Below, piece after piece: positions 19,497-30,827 of a stretch of DNA of 64,000 nucleotides. Position 1 is the stretch's first letter; each line of letters opens with the position of its first letter. The stretch spans positions 967 through 64,966 of the forward strand of contig CAZFQY010000001.1 in NCBI GenBank assembly GCA_964521265.1, in the 5' to 3' direction. Both the position numbers and the translations under genes were made by a program. This DNA comes from an uncultured Clavibacter sp. (lineage in GTDB: Bacteria; Actinomycetota; Actinomycetes; Nanopelagicales; Nanopelagicaceae). The notes beneath the pieces are model-generated. The model was given only the letters and a program-made list of their open reading frames with translations, searched no databases and had not been told where the DNA came from.

Positions 19497-20204
19497 GTGA
19501 GAGTGGGTCTTTACGTGGATCGCGTCGTCGCGGAGTTCTTCGCTACGAACTGTTGGATCATCGCCCCAAGTGAGAATTCAGAGTGCATTGTGGTCGATCC
19601 GGGAATTGCCGTGCCAAGTATGGTGAAGTCAATTAAAGACAGAGTCCTTGAAGCAAATTTGAAACCCGTTGCGATTCTGATCACTCATGGCCATCTAGAT
19701 CATCATTTCTCCCTGCTACCACTGCAGCAAGATTGCGGAGCAGGGGTATTAATTCATAAATCAGATAGAGACCTATTGTCCAAGCCCGAGAGAGGACTAG
19801 GTGCACAAGGTCTCGCACTAATGAAAGAGTTAGTCGATCGGTACGGTACGCACCAATTTGCGGAGCCGGAGAGCATCACAGAGCTATCAGAAGAGAATAA
19901 TCTTGAGATTGCCGGCATGAAGATGTTTATCCAATCCACCCCCGGTCACACTCCAGGTTCGATCATCGCGAATGTAGATAATGAACTTCTAATCACGGGA
20001 GATACCCTTTTCAAGGGATCAATCGGAAGAACCGACTTGCCGCGAGGTTCCATCTCCGACATGGAACGAACTCTCCGTGAGAAAATTGCCACTCAATCAG
20101 GGCACCTGGAGGTGCTTCCAGGTCACGGCGAAAGGACTCGAGTGGATATCGAATTGGCCACCAACCCGTATATCGCCGCAGCCCTCGAGGGAAGACTTGG
20201 ATAG
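19497..20204 (+). CDS. MBL-fold metallo-hydrolase (glyoxalase II-like)
   Basis: 235 aa. Metal motif ITHGHLDHH plus later TPGHTPGS and PGHG. Conserved position upstream of hisS. The start is uncertain, with several in-frame GTGs at 19497-19515. Confidence 0.85.
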   Translation: MRVGLYVDRVVAEFFATNCWIIAPSENSECIVVDPGIAVPSMVKSIKDRVLEANLKPVAILITHGHLDHHFSLLPLQQDCGAGVLIHKSDRDLLSKPERGLGAQGLALMKELVDRYGTHQFAEPESITELSEENNLEIAGMKMFIQSTPGHTPGSIIANVDNELLITGDTLFKGSIGRTDLPRGSISDMERTLREKIATQSGHLEVLPGHGERTRVDIELATNPYIAAALEGRLG

Positions 20205-20216
20205 AAGGAAGAAGAG

Positions 20217-21485
20217 ATGAGCCCCCAATTCCAAGCCCCGAAGGGTGTTTCAGAATACTTCCCACCGCGCTCTAGTCTTTTTGAATTTGTTACCCGCAAA
20301 CTTGAGCAAGTTTCATTGGCTGCGAATTATCACCTAATTGAATTGCCAATTTTCGAGGATACGGAGCTCTTTACCCGAGGAGTAGGGGAGAGCACTGATG
20401 TAGTCACAAAAGAGATGTACACCTTTGAAGATAGAGGGGGAAGATCTCTAACGCTACGCCCAGAAGGAACCGCTGGTGTGATCCGGTCAATTATTGAGAA
20501 TAATCTCGATCGAGGACAGCTCCCTGTAAAGCTCTACTATCGAGGTCCGTTCTTCAGGGCTGAGCGCCCACAAGCTGGTAGATATCGCCAGTTCTATCAG
20601 TTCGGTATCGAAGCAGTCGGAGTTGATGATCCATTTCTGGATGCTGAAGTTATTTCGATTGCTTATCGTGGCTTTCGCGCATTAGGACTTGAAAATTTCA
20701 ATCTTCAGATAACTTCGCTCGGAGATGAAGAGAGTCGAGCCTCTCATCGCGTGGATTTTCTAAAGTTTCTCTCAACTTTGAAATTAGATGATGAGACTCA
20801 AGAAAGGATTCGAAAGAATCCACTCCGTATCTTCGACGATAAAAGAGCGGAAATTCAGAGCGCGATGAAGGAGGCGCCGATTCTTCTCGACTATCTTTCA
20901 TCACAAAGCGTTTCGAAATTTGAATCGGTGAAGGAATCACTCTCGAGTTTGAATATACCTTTTGTGATAAACCCAAGAATGGTCAGAGGGTTGGATTACT
21001 ACACGGGAACAGCATTTGAGTTTGTTCATAAAGGACTTGGCGCACAAGCAAGTATCGGTGGCGGTGGGCGTTATGACGGATTGATGAAGACTCTTGGCGG
21101 TCAGGATCTCTCCGGAATTGGATTTGGTCTGGGAATCGATCGAATAATCCTCGCCCTAGAAAGTGAGGGCAAACTAGAAGAGCTCGCCAAGGTTTCAGGA
21201 TATTTAGATCTTTTCGTGATCCCAATTGGTGATCAAGCCAAGTTAGGCGCTTTCTCCTTGGTAGAACAAGTACGGCGCTCTGGCTTTGTAGCAGATATGG
21301 GATTTGGCGACAGATCTCTAAAGGGAGCCATGAAAGCAGCTGATAAATTGAAAGCTCACCATGTCCTCGTGCTGGGAGATGCAGAGATGCAATCTGGTCA
21401 GGGTCGACTGAAACGGATGAGCGACGGCCACGAGGAATCCATTACCCTTGACTCCTTAGTTGCGACCCTTAAGAACTCCCTTTAA
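20217..21485 (+). CDS. hisS: Histidine--tRNA ligase
   Basis: 422 aa. [21 protein letters not shown] and GGGRYDGL motifs. Confidence 0.96.
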   Translation: MSPQFQAPKGVSEYFPPRSSLFEFVTRKLEQVSLAANYHLIELPIFEDTELFTRGVGESTDVVTKEMYTFEDRGGRSLTLRPEGTAGVIRSIIENNLDRGQLPVKLYYRGPFFRAERPQAGRYRQFYQFGIEAVGVDDPFLDAEVISIAYRGFRALGLENFNLQITSLGDEESRASHRVDFLKFLSTLKLDDETQERIRKNPLRIFDDKRAEIQSAMKEAPILLDYLSSQSVSKFESVKESLSSLNIPFVINPRMVRGLDYYTGTAFEFVHKGLGAQASIGGGGRYDGLMKTLGGQDLSGIGFGLGIDRIILALESEGKLEELAKVSGYLDLFVIPIGDQAKLGAFSLVEQVRRSGFVADMGFGDRSLKGAMKAADKLKAHHVLVLGDAEMQSGQGRLKRMSDGHEESITLDSLVATLKNSL

Positions 21486-21531
21486 TTAGGGTATTTGTTG
21501 AGGCGTTGCGAGCAATTGTCGCGAAAGGTAC

Positions 21532-23280
21532 TTGATGCTCCGGTCTCATCTCGCAGGAGAATTACGTTCTAGCCAAATTGGCGAAACAGTTCGTCTCGCT
21601 GGCTGGGTAGCGCGCCGTCGTGATCATGGAGGCGTAGCGTTCATAGACCTCAGAGATTCTTCGGGCAGCGTTCAAGTAGTTATTTCGGATGAAAAGGTAG
21701 CGGGCTCGCTTCGAGCTGAGTGGTGCGTACTTGCTACAGGAAAGATTGCTAAACGCCCCGAGGGAAATGAAAATCCAAGTATTCCAACTGGAGAGATTGA
21801 GGTTATCTGTAGCGAACTTGAGGTTCTAAGTGAAGCCGCAGCACTACCTTTTCCGGTTGATTCCGGTGAGAAGGTAAATGTAAGCGAGGAGATTCGACTC
21901 AAGTATCGATATTTAGATCTTCGTAGGGAAGAGCAATCCAAAGCTCTGCGCTTGCGATCAAAAGTCACGAGTGAAATTCGAAGCGCGATGGATGATCTTG
22001 GTTTCTTGGAGATTGAGACGCCATATCTGACTCGCTCTACACCCGAGGGAGCACGTGATTTCTTGGTTCCTGTGAGACTTCAACCAGGCTCCTGGTATGC
22101 GCTCCCGCAGTCCCCACAACTTTTCAAACAGCTGTTAATGGTCGCCGGCATGGAGCGGTATTACCAAATCGCTCGTTGCTTCCGAGATGAAGATTTTCGC
22201 GCAGACCGCCAACCAGAATTCACTCAGCTAGATATCGAGATGTCTTTCGTCGACCAAGAAGATGTAATTGACGTTGCTGAGTCCATTTTGCGTCGAGTTT
22301 TCAAGGCAACAGTAGGTTTTGATATTTCCACTCCGATTTCACGGATGACTTACCATGAAGCGATGCGACGATTTGGTTCAGATAAACCAGATATGAGATT
22401 CGGTCTTGAATTAGTTGATGTAACTGATTTCTTCAAGAAAACGTCATTTCGAGTCTTCCAAGCGCCATATGTGGGCGCGGTAGTGATGCCAGGTGGGGCT
22501 AGCTCACCTAGAAGAGAGCTAGATGCTTGGCAGGATTGGGCGAAGGCGCGCGGAGCTAAAGGTCTTGCTTACATTCTTGTGGGTGAAGATGGTTCACTCT
22601 CCGGCCCAGTAGCAAAGAACCTCTCAGAAGAGGAGAGCTCCGGTATAGCTAAATTTGTTGGAGCAGAGAATGGTGATGCAATCTTCTTCGCAGCAGGAGA
22701 TCGTAATTCTTCGCTCTCTCTGTTAGGAGCAGTTCGTCTCGAGATTGGTAATCGCTGCAATCTCATCGACAAGAATCGTTGGGAGTTTCTCTGGGTCGTT
22801 GATGCTCCGATGTTCGAACGAACCGACGAGGGTGGATGGACAGCAGTTCATCATCCATTCACAGGCCCGAAGCCAGAATTCGAGAAGAGCTTTATTAGTG
22901 ATCCCGGAGCTGCGCTCGCATACGCGTATGACATCGTCTTAAATGGTAACGAGATTGGTGGCGGTTCGATTCGAATTCATAAGCGCGAAGTACAACGCGA
23001 AGTTTTCAAGGTAATCGGACTTAGCGATGAGGAGGCTCAGAGTAAATTTGGTTTCCTCCTGGAGGCATTCAATTACGGCCCGCCACCTCACGGGGGAATA
23101 GCTCTCGGACTTGATCGACTCTGCGCACTTCTTGCTGGTGCCGACTCGATTCGTGAGGTTATCGCCTTTCCAAAGACCGCCAGCGGTGGCGATCCACTAA
23201 CTGGAGCTCCAACTCCCATCACACCGGCCCAACGTCGCGAGAGCGGTGTCGACGCATCTATTGAAGAGAAGAGTGATTGA
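21532..23280 (+). CDS. aspS: Aspartate--tRNA ligase
   Basis: 582 aa. OB-fold N-terminus, [26 protein letters not shown]. Start is either TTG 21532 or ATG 21535. Confidence 0.96.
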   Translation: MMLRSHLAGELRSSQIGETVRLAGWVARRRDHGGVAFIDLRDSSGSVQVVISDEKVAGSLRAEWCVLATGKIAKRPEGNENPSIPTGEIEVICSELEVLSEAAALPFPVDSGEKVNVSEEIRLKYRYLDLRREEQSKALRLRSKVTSEIRSAMDDLGFLEIETPYLTRSTPEGARDFLVPVRLQPGSWYALPQSPQLFKQLLMVAGMERYYQIARCFRDEDFRADRQPEFTQLDIEMSFVDQEDVIDVAESILRRVFKATVGFDISTPISRMTYHEAMRRFGSDKPDMRFGLELVDVTDFFKKTSFRVFQAPYVGAVVMPGGASSPRRELDAWQDWAKARGAKGLAYILVGEDGSLSGPVAKNLSEEESSGIAKFVGAENGDAIFFAAGDRNSSLSLLGAVRLEIGNRCNLIDKNRWEFLWVVDAPMFERTDEGGWTAVHHPFTGPKPEFEKSFISDPGAALAYAYDIVLNGNEIGGGSIRIHKREVQREVFKVIGLSDEEAQSKFGFLLEAFNYGPPPHGGIALGLDRLCALLAGADSIREVIAFPKTASGGDPLTGAPTPITPAQRRESGVDASIEEKSD

Positions 23281-23338
23281 AATGCGAAAGACTCTCCCAT
23301 GCCCGCTACTGTCGTGACACTTTAGGTAGGCTTCTCCA

Positions 23339-23746
23339 ATGAGCGCCGGTGGTATCGCAGCAATAATTGCAGCTTCAGCATTCCTTATCATTTCTATTGC
23401 TATCGCATATGCGGTTTTCCGTTTGGGGCGGGCTATCGACGAAGTGGGTGCGGCAGTCAAGAACATTTCAAATGAGACGACACCCCTAATCAACGAGGTA
23501 ACGACAACCGTAGAGCTAGTTAACGGCCCTCTGGAAAGTATCAACAAGGTGACTCGAACCATCGATGAGATGAGCACGAAGATTGCAGAATCCACCTCAT
23601 CCTTTTTGGATAAGAATCAGGTAGCTATGAAGGCAGCAGGTGCTGTGTTGACTGCTGCTCAGCTAAGGAAAAAAGGAAAGAAAAAGAAGAAGAGTTCGAG
23701 CAAGAGGGCGGAGCGTTCCCAATACGTCGATGATGAGGAGTTCTAA
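23339..23746 (+). CDS. DUF948 domain-containing membrane protein
   Basis: 135 aa. N-terminal TM followed by a helical region (AIDEVGAAVKNISNETTPLINEVTTTVELVNGPLESINKVT). Lys-rich tail. Typical neighbour of alaS in Actinobacteria and Firmicutes. Confidence 0.7.
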   Translation: MSAGGIAAIIAASAFLIISIAIAYAVFRLGRAIDEVGAAVKNISNETTPLINEVTTTVELVNGPLESINKVTRTIDEMSTKIAESTSSFLDKNQVAMKAAGAVLTAAQLRKKGKKKKKSSSKRAERSQYVDDEEF

Positions 23747-23752
23747 GAGAGC

Positions 23753-26431
23753 GTGAACTCCGCAGAAATACGCAAACGCTGGCTCAGCTTCTTTGAGAAC
23801 GGCAACTCACTAGGATTAACCCACACCGTAGTTCCCTCCGCTTCATTAGTTCTTAATGATCCTAATCTTCTTCTCGTAAATGCTGGAATGGTTCCATTCA
23901 AACCATATTTTCTAGGAGAGATGAGCGCTCCCTATTCACGAGCTACATCTGTCCAGAAGTGCGTACGCACCTTAGATATCGATGAAGTGGGCAAGACAAC
24001 CCGCCATGCTTCGTTCTTCCAGATGTGTGGAAACTTCTCCTTCGGAGACTATTTCAAGGAGGGTGCGATTGAACTCGCGTGGGAGCTCTTAACCAAGCCC
24101 CAATCTCAAGGTGGTTACGGCTTTGAGGAATCCAAACTCTGGGTGACTGTCTATTTAGATGATGATGAAGCGGCTGATATCTGGCATAAGAAGATCGGCG
24201 TTCCAAAAGAGAAGATCCAACGTCGCGGTATGGCCGATAACTTCTGGTCAATGGGAGTCCCGGGACCATGCGGTCCATGTTCCGAAATCTATTTTGATCG
24301 TGGCCCCGAATATGGACGAGAGGGCGGTCCGATCGCTGATGAAGATCGCTATCTTGAGATCTGGAATCTTGTTTTCATGCAGAACATCAGAGGGGATGGA
24401 CCAGGGAAAGAGGGTTATCCCATCTTGGGAGAACTTCCTGCTAAGAATATCGATACTGGTCTTGGCTTAGAGAGAACTGCTGCGCTCCTGCAAGGTGTAG
24501 AGAACATATATGAAATTGATACGACCTCTCTGATACTGAATCGTGCAAGTGAATTGTCGGGAGTTAAGTACGGGGGTGGGGAGAAGAATGACGTTGCCCT
24601 TCGAGTGATTGCTGATCATGCACGAACTGCAACTATGTTGATTGGCGACGGGGTTGTTCCCGGAAATGAAGGCAGGGGATACGTACTAAGACGAATGATG
24701 CGAAGAACCATTCGAAACATGCGCCTACTTGGGGCAGAGGATCGAAACATCTCTGAGTTGATATCTTCCTCAATACTCGCGATGGGCCCACAGTACCCAG
24801 AACTAGTAACTGATAAAGAGAGAATTCGTAAGGTTGCAGAGGCTGAAGAAGATGCATTTCTCTCCACACTGAAAAGTGGAACGCTGATATTCGATCAAGC
24901 GCGCGCGGGTTTGGCAACGTCTGGTGGAAAAACTATCTCCGGAGAAGACGTCTTTAAGCTTCATGATACTTATGGATTCCCATTCGATCTCACTTTGGAG
25001 ATGGCTAATGAGAGTGGCCTCTCGGTGGATGGCGAAGGCTTCAAGAGATTGATGAAGGAACAGAAGGAGCGGGCGAAAGCTGATGCGAAGGCGAAGAAGA
25101 CTGGCCACACTGATCTAAGTGAGTATCGCAGCATTGCTGAAAGCGCTAAATCGTTAAGTTTCATCGGATACGAACACCTGACAGCTGAAGCTTCGATCGT
25201 TGGGATCCTTGTCGAAGGACGAACTGAGAAATCCGTTTCAGTAGGAAATGAGATCGAGATTGTTCTCGATAGAACCCCCTTCTACGCCGAGGGCGGTGGA
25301 CAACTTGCTGATGGTGGAACGATACGGACATCTGATGGGGCTCTAATTGAGATTGATGATGTCCAAGCGCCTATTCCAGGATTATTCGTACATCGTGGAC
25401 GGGTTAGCGATGGCGAGGTGCGTCATGGCGCGAAAGTTTTTGCCGAAATAGATCGCGAGCGAAGGGCTGGTATCTCCCGTGCTCATACCGCTACGCATAT
25501 GGTTCATAAAGCCTTCCGCGAGATCCTCGGTGAGACAGCAACACAGGCGGGATCAGAGAATGCACCGGGTCGTTTTCGATTCGATTTCCCTGCCACAGGT
25601 GCCGTGCCGAAGTCAGCACTTGAAGAGGTTGAAATTCGAGTGAACACACTCTTGGCCGAAGATTTGGAAGTTCGGGCTGAGGAGATGTCGATTGATGAGG
25701 CTAGGTCGATAGGGGCAATGGCGCTCTTCGGGGAAAAGTACGGCGAGCGAGTTAGAGTTGTAAGCGTCGGGGAGTGGGCTAAGGAACTCTGCGGCGGTAC
25801 CCATGTCCATCGTTCTGGTCAGCTTGGGTTAATAAAACTTCTATCTGAATCATCAATCGGTAGTGGCGTACGTAGAGTCGAAGCCTTGGTTGGCGTTGAT
25901 GCATTCTCGTTCCTGGCTCGTGAACACGTGATCCTTAACTCTGTAACCGAGTTAATCAAGGGCGCTCGACCAGAAGAATTACCCGAGAGAATTGCCAAAT
26001 TGCTTGCGCGTATGAAAGAGATGGAGAAGGAGTTCAAAGCAATAAAGCTCTCACAGGCTCGCGAGAAGATTCCGGGTCTTGTAGAAGGCGCCGAGAGATT
26101 TGGTTCCATATCTTTAATCTCTCAGAACTTCGATGGCGAGCTCACCGGCGATGAGCTCCGGGTATTGGCTCTTGATATCAGAGAACGAGTAAAGGGTTCG
26201 GTGGTTATTCTCACTTCCATAGTTGATGGTCGAGTGGTTCTCGTCTGTGCAACTGATGAACTCTCCAGAGCTGCCGGAATTAAGGCAGGAGATTTGGCAA
26301 AGAAGGCTTCATCATTATTGGGTGGTGGAGGTGGCGGTAAAGATGACTTTGCACAAGGTGGCGGATCTGAGGTGTCTAGCTTGAACTCAGCCCTCCAGTC
26401 ACTCAAGGCAGATCTTCAAAAACTCCAATGA
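23753..26431 (+). CDS. alaS: Alanine--tRNA ligase
   Basis: 892 aa. [15 protein letters not shown], editing-domain HTATHMVH and CGGTHV, and a C-terminal DHHA1-type domain with GGGGGGK. Confidence 0.97.
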   Translation: MNSAEIRKRWLSFFENGNSLGLTHTVVPSASLVLNDPNLLLVNAGMVPFKPYFLGEMSAPYSRATSVQKCVRTLDIDEVGKTTRHASFFQMCGNFSFGDYFKEGAIELAWELLTKPQSQGGYGFEESKLWVTVYLDDDEAADIWHKKIGVPKEKIQRRGMADNFWSMGVPGPCGPCSEIYFDRGPEYGREGGPIADEDRYLEIWNLVFMQNIRGDGPGKEGYPILGELPAKNIDTGLGLERTAALLQGVENIYEIDTTSLILNRASELSGVKYGGGEKNDVALRVIADHARTATMLIGDGVVPGNEGRGYVLRRMMRRTIRNMRLLGAEDRNISELISSSILAMGPQYPELVTDKERIRKVAEAEEDAFLSTLKSGTLIFDQARAGLATSGGKTISGEDVFKLHDTYGFPFDLTLEMANESGLSVDGEGFKRLMKEQKERAKADAKAKKTGHTDLSEYRSIAESAKSLSFIGYEHLTAEASIVGILVEGRTEKSVSVGNEIEIVLDRTPFYAEGGGQLADGGTIRTSDGALIEIDDVQAPIPGLFVHRGRVSDGEVRHGAKVFAEIDRERRAGISRAHTATHMVHKAFREILGETATQAGSENAPGRFRFDFPATGAVPKSALEEVEIRVNTLLAEDLEVRAEEMSIDEARSIGAMALFGEKYGERVRVVSVGEWAKELCGGTHVHRSGQLGLIKLLSESSIGSGVRRVEALVGVDAFSFLAREHVILNSVTELIKGARPEELPERIAKLLARMKEMEKEFKAIKLSQAREKIPGLVEGAERFGSISLISQNFDGELTGDELRVLALDIRERVKGSVVILTSIVDGRVVLVCATDELSRAAGIKAGDLAKKASSLLGGGGGGKDDFAQGGGSEVSSLNSALQSLKADLQKLQ

Positions 26432-26862
26432 CGCTCAAGACCGGTCATCGAATCGCGATTGACTTCGGCGAGAAATGGTTTGGTTTGGCAATCTCCGATG
26501 TTTCTGGCTTGGTGGCATCACCTGTTGGTACCTACGAGAAGCAAGAGTTGATCACCAAGATCAAGGACATCTCTAGAGAAGGTGAGATGGCAGTAATCTA
26601 TTTTGGATTGCCACTACATCTTTCAGGAAAAGAGGGCGCGTCAGCTGGTGCAGCAAGGGCAGCTGCGAAGGCGGTCCAGGATCTCGGTATCGCTCCGGTG
26701 CGCCTCGTAGATGAGCGCCTTTCGACAAAATCGGCGACGGAAGATAAGTCGATGGTCAATAGATATGGAATTGATGCGATGGCTGCCGTGGAGATTCTTC
26801 GTTTTGCGCTTGAAGGCGAGCGTATCCAAAAGCAATTCTTTGGTAGCGATATCGATGATTGA
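26428..26862 (+). CDS. ruvX: Putative pre-16S rRNA nuclease / Holliday junction resolvase-like YqgF
   Basis: 144 aa. [16 protein letters not shown] is the RNase H-like YqgF motif. ATGA overlap with alaS. Confidence 0.9.
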   Translation: MTLKTGHRIAIDFGEKWFGLAISDVSGLVASPVGTYEKQELITKIKDISREGEMAVIYFGLPLHLSGKEGASAGAARAAAKAVQDLGIAPVRLVDERLSTKSATEDKSMVNRYGIDAMAAVEILRFALEGERIQKQFFGSDIDD

Positions 26863-27874
26863 TATTCACGGAGTGCGAAGAATCGGTTTCGCAGCAGTAT
26901 TCATCCTCTTTCTAACTTTGGCTTTAAGAGAGATAGCTCCCGGGCCTTCATCTGCACCAGATTATGATGGTAATAGCCGTGGGGCTGAGGTAGTGATTCA
27001 CATCGACCCTGGAATGAGTGGCCTTGAGATAGGCCAACTCCTGGAGGATAAGGATGTCGTTAAATCTTCGCTCGCCTATTTCCGAGCAGCGGTTGCTAAT
27101 CCGGCTAGCCAACGAATCGCTCCCGGCGAACATCGCGTGGAAACTCGCATCCCAGCAAATGAGGCGATAGTCCAGCTTCTTGACCCAGATCGAATCGTGA
27201 ACTTAGTTCGGGTACGCGATGGAGCACGTCTCTCAGAGGTGTTCGAACGTCTTGTCGAATCCGGATTTGAGGAAAAGGAATTGAGGAGAGCTCTTGAGAG
27301 AACAAAACCTCCTTCCTCATTTAATTCCAAAGGATTGGAGGGATTCCTGTATCCCGCCTTTTACTCCTTCCCGAAAGGAACAACTGCTACAGAAGCGCTC
27401 GCAGCTATGGTTGATCGATTCGAAAAGAGCACAGATAGCATCGATTGGCAGTATCAGGAGTTCACCCGTTACGAACTTTTGACCATTGCATCACTTGTTG
27501 AGTCAGAGGGCACCCCAGATGTCTTTGCTAAAGTCGCTCGGGTTGTCTATAACCGTTTAGAAATTGGCATGAAATTGCAATTTGATTCGACAGTCCACTA
27601 CGTATTTGATCGTCGGGGAGAAATTGCTCTCTCCTTGCAAGATACCCGAGTCCAAAATCGTTACAACACATTTTTGTATGAAGGTCTACCGCCTGGCCCG
27701 ATAGGTAGTCCCACACGCGCTGCGATTGAAGCAACGCTCAATCCCGCACCGGGGGACTGGCTATATTTTGTAACAGTTCTCCCAGGACAGACGCGCTTTA
27801 CCTCCTCATATGATGAGTTCCTCCGCTTCAAGGCGGAATATAAACGCAACTATGCCAATGGAGCCTTCGAATGA
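26855..27874 (+). CDS. mltG: Endolytic murein transglycosylase MltG (YceG family)
   Basis: YceG signature NTFLYEGLPPGPIGSP and an N-terminal TM (IGFAAVFILFLTLAL). I prefer the ATG at 26855 (8-nt overlap with ruvX). The track ORF start at 26711 lies deep inside ruvX. Confidence 0.88.
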   Translation: MIDIHGVRRIGFAAVFILFLTLALREIAPGPSSAPDYDGNSRGAEVVIHIDPGMSGLEIGQLLEDKDVVKSSLAYFRAAVANPASQRIAPGEHRVETRIPANEAIVQLLDPDRIVNLVRVRDGARLSEVFERLVESGFEEKELRRALERTKPPSSFNSKGLEGFLYPAFYSFPKGTTATEALAAMVDRFEKSTDSIDWQYQEFTRYELLTIASLVESEGTPDVFAKVARVVYNRLEIGMKLQFDSTVHYVFDRRGEIALSLQDTRVQNRYNTFLYEGLPPGPIGSPTRAAIEATLNPAPGDWLYFVTVLPGQTRFTSSYDEFLRFKAEYKRNYANGAFE

Positions 27875-28677
27875 TGCGATTCGCTGTTCTAGGTTCCCCG
27901 ATAAACCATAGCCTCTCACCTCAGCTCCACAACTTTGCTTATAAGGAGTTGAGCGTTGAAGCGCATTATGAGCGTTTCCAGGTTGAGCGCGGTCAACTGG
28001 GCAATTTTCTTGAATCTCATTCATCAGAGGCTTGGGATGGATTCTCCTTGACTATGCCACTAAAAGAGGAGGCGTTGAGTTTCACGGCCGAACTTGATTC
28101 CGATGCAGAACTCGCAAGCGCTATCAACACCTTAAAGCGTTTGGAGAATGGTTGGGCCGGTTTCAATACCGATGTTTTTGGATTCAGATTTTTGATTGAT
28201 AAGTTCCTTCAAGATTCCAAGGCCGAGAGTATGAATTTTGACGCTGGCTCAAGCGTAAGCATTATCGGTGCAGGCGGGACAGCTCGCGCGGCGCTGGTTG
28301 CGCTCCGAGATTACGATGTAAGCGTAAAGATTTATCGACGAAATAGTGCGCGTGATGAGAGCATTCGACAGGCTAATCCCAAGGTTGAGATTTTGGAATG
28401 GTCGGAGTGGTTAACTTCTTTCGATGCTTCTCTAGTAATCAATTGCGCGCCGAAGGAGGCGTTTCAATCTATCCCCTCAGGTAGTTCAATTTCAGGTTTT
28501 CTTCTCGATGCCCTCTATGACCCTTGGCCCACTCCGCTAATGAAATTGAATCCTCGCAATTCACATTTCTCAGGTAAAGATCTCTTGGTGGCGCAAGCTA
28601 TAAGACAGATAGAAATCTTCCTCCAACTTCAGCTAAATCGAGATGATTTCTTTGAAAAACTGAGAGCCATAATTTAG
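27871..28677 (+). CDS. aroE: Shikimate dehydrogenase
   Basis: 268 aa. VLGSPINHSLSPQLHN, NTDVFG, GAGGTARA. ATGA overlap with mltG. Confidence 0.92.
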   Translation: MMRFAVLGSPINHSLSPQLHNFAYKELSVEAHYERFQVERGQLGNFLESHSSEAWDGFSLTMPLKEEALSFTAELDSDAELASAINTLKRLENGWAGFNTDVFGFRFLIDKFLQDSKAESMNFDAGSSVSIIGAGGTARAALVALRDYDVSVKIYRRNSARDESIRQANPKVEILEWSEWLTSFDASLVINCAPKEAFQSIPSGSSISGFLLDALYDPWPTPLMKLNPRNSHFSGKDLLVAQAIRQIEIFLQLQLNRDDFFEKLRAII

Positions 28678-28736
28678 TTCTCCACAGATTTTGCTCGACG
28701 CTTTCTAGAGACTTCACCTCCTCGTAATCTTCATCA

Positions 28737-29120
28737 GTGCTCATTTGCTTTGTTGCTCTCACTTTATTGAGTTTCAGTGATATCCGGTACAGGCTCATTC
28801 CAAAGGGGCTGAATATCTTGGCGTTGACGGTGTTAGCTTTATTCATATTAACGACTCATCCCATATCTGGACTTATATACCCACTGGCTACCTATCTGAC
28901 TTACTGTCTGTTCTTCCGATTAAGTAGAGGCAGGATCGGATATGGGGATGTGAGAATTGCACCTCTGGCCATGGACTACAGCTCATTAGATCCGACACTT
29001 ACTCATCTCCTTGCATGGTCGGTCGCTGGGTTCTATACCTTGATTTCTCAGAATTGGAAGGGTTCGGTTCCATTCGCGCCCTTCTTGCTCGTTTCGGCAT
29101 TAATCATCAACCATCTTTAG
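28737..29120 (+). CDS. Minimal A24-family (prepilin peptidase-like) aspartic membrane peptidase
   Basis: 127 aa, about 4 TM segments. Both candidate catalytic Asp contexts are present: SDIRYRLIP and GYGDVRI (GxGDxK-like). GTG start. Confidence 0.6.
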   Translation: MLICFVALTLLSFSDIRYRLIPKGLNILALTVLALFILTTHPISGLIYPLATYLTYCLFFRLSRGRIGYGDVRIAPLAMDYSSLDPTLTHLLAWSVAGFYTLISQNWKGSVPFAPFLLVSALIINHL

Positions 29121-29142
29121 TCGATAACTGAGATAATGAGCT

Positions 29143-30327
29143 ATGCGCTGGTTAACCGCGGGTGAGTCACATGGTGAAAGCCTCGTTGGAATTATCGAGG
29201 GTTTACCCGCTCATATTGAAGTTACCTCGGAGGATATTCGGTTCGATTTATCAAGACGTCGACTTGGTTTTGGACGAGGTGCAAGACAGAAGTTTGAGGA
29301 AGACAAGTTACGAATTTTGGGCGGAATACGGCACGGTAAAACCCAAGGAGGCCCTATCTGTCTAGAGATCGGCAATTCAGAATGGCCAAAATGGCAGAAA
29401 GTAATGTCTGCCGATCCGGTTCCTGTCGATGAATTAGCTGAGTTGGCTCGCAACGCACCATTAACTAGGCCACGTCCAGGTCACGCCGATCTAGTGGGTA
29501 TGCAGAAATATGCCTTCGATGATGCGCGTCCTATATTGGAGCGAGCCTCGGCTAGAGAGACGGCGACGCGAGTAGCGCTTGGCGCAGTTGCTCGAGCATT
29601 TTTAAAGCAAGTTGGGGGCATCGAAATTTTGAGTCACGTGGTTCGAATCGGTTCGGCATCGGTTGAAGAATCTGCACAACTTCCTGCAATGAAAGATCGA
29701 GATTTGATAGATGAGAATCCAGTGCGATGCTTTAGTAAACCAGCTAGCGAGAAGATGATTGAAGAGATTGAGAATGCACACAAAGACGGGGACACGCTGG
29801 GCGGCGTGGTTGAAGTTATTGCCTTCAACCTAATGCCGGGATTGGGATCGCATGTGCACTGGGATCGCAGACTTGATGCGAGATTAGCAGGCGCCTTGAT
29901 GGGCATACAGGCAATCAAGGGTGTTGAAATCGGAGATGGTTTCCTGACTGCGAGTCGAAGAGGATCAGTTGCTCATGACGAAATTGAAAGAAATGAGAAG
30001 GGCGAGATAACTCGTCGCACTCATCGAGCGGGCGGCACTGAGGGCGGAATGAGCACTGGTGAATTACTTCGTGTGCGTGCTGCAATGAAACCAATCTCAA
30101 CAGTCCCAAAGGCGCTAGACACTATAGATATGACCACCGGGGAAGTGGCTAAAGCAATCAACCAACGCTCAGATGTATGCGCCGTTCCCGCCGCAGGGGT
30201 AATCGCAGAAGCCATGGTTGCACTGGTCTTAGCTGAAGCGGTGCTTGAGAAATTCGGTGGCGACAGCATTGCGGAAACTCGTCGTAACATAGATTCGTTT
30301 ATCGCCAATCTGCCGAAATTTCAATGA
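29143..30327 (+). CDS. aroC: Chorismate synthase
   Basis: 394 aa. Begins [20 protein letters not shown]; also RPGHAD and ERASARETA. Confidence 0.97.
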   Translation: MRWLTAGESHGESLVGIIEGLPAHIEVTSEDIRFDLSRRRLGFGRGARQKFEEDKLRILGGIRHGKTQGGPICLEIGNSEWPKWQKVMSADPVPVDELAELARNAPLTRPRPGHADLVGMQKYAFDDARPILERASARETATRVALGAVARAFLKQVGGIEILSHVVRIGSASVEESAQLPAMKDRDLIDENPVRCFSKPASEKMIEEIENAHKDGDTLGGVVEVIAFNLMPGLGSHVHWDRRLDARLAGALMGIQAIKGVEIGDGFLTASRRGSVAHDEIERNEKGEITRRTHRAGGTEGGMSTGELLRVRAAMKPISTVPKALDTIDMTTGEVAKAINQRSDVCAVPAAGVIAEAMVALVLAEAVLEKFGGDSIAETRRNIDSFIANLPKFQ

Positions 30328-30827
30328 GTTCGAGAATCGTGCTTATAGGTCCACCTGGTTCCGGGAAGTCCACAGTCGGCAAGGCACTGGCTTCGGAGAT
30401 GAACTTGAATTTCATTGACACAGACTCGGCAATCGAATTAAAAGCTGGAAAAAAGATCAGTGAGATATTCCTTGATGAAGGTGAAGTTGGCTTTAGAAAA
30501 ATTGAGCGTCAAGTAGTTCTTGATTCACTTGAGGTTGATAGCGCGGTAATAGCGCTAGGCGGAGGAGCGGTACTTAATAAGGAAGTACAGAATAGGTTGA
30601 AGGACGAACCTAATGTCATCTATCTTGAGGTCTCGATTTCAAATGCAGCCCCTAGAGTTGGATTCAACACCGAGCGACCACTTCTCCTAGCTAATCCCAG
30701 GCAGCAGTGGTTAAAGTTGTTCGAAGAGAGAAAAGCAATTTATGAGTCGCTAAGTCGTATCAAATTCAGTACCGATAACAAGAAGCCCAAGGAGAGCGCG
30801 CACGCCATTAAGGAACTCCTATCGTGA
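30324..30827 (+). CDS. aroK: Shikimate kinase
   Basis: 167 aa. Walker [15 protein letters not shown], and GGGAV in the shikimate-binding region. ATGA overlap with aroC. Confidence 0.95.
   Translation: MSSRIVLIGPPGSGKSTVGKALASEMNLNFIDTDSAIELKAGKKISEIFLDEGEVGFRKIERQVVLDSLEVDSAVIALGGGAVLNKEVQNRLKDEPNVIYLEVSISNAAPRVGFNTERPLLLANPRQQWLKLFEERKAIYESLSRIKFSTDNKKPKESAHAIKELLS

Noticed and set aside
23665-23694. A 30-nt all-purine, A-rich run (AAGGAAAAAAGGAAAGAAAAAGAAGAAGAG) near the 3' end of the DUF948 gene, considered as a slippery frameshift site.
   Set aside because: It simply encodes the Lys-rich tail (RKKGKKKKKSS). No alternative-frame ORF of any length continues downstream before alaS.
26711-26854. 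The long 5' extension of the mltG ORF inside ruvX. The same applies to 5021-5083 (patA inside pgsA) and 33764-33832 (bldD).
   Set aside because: The extensions are out-of-frame read-throughs of the upstream gene or of the spacer. Internal starts that overlap the upstream stop, or that follow a strong SD, give family-typical N-termini.
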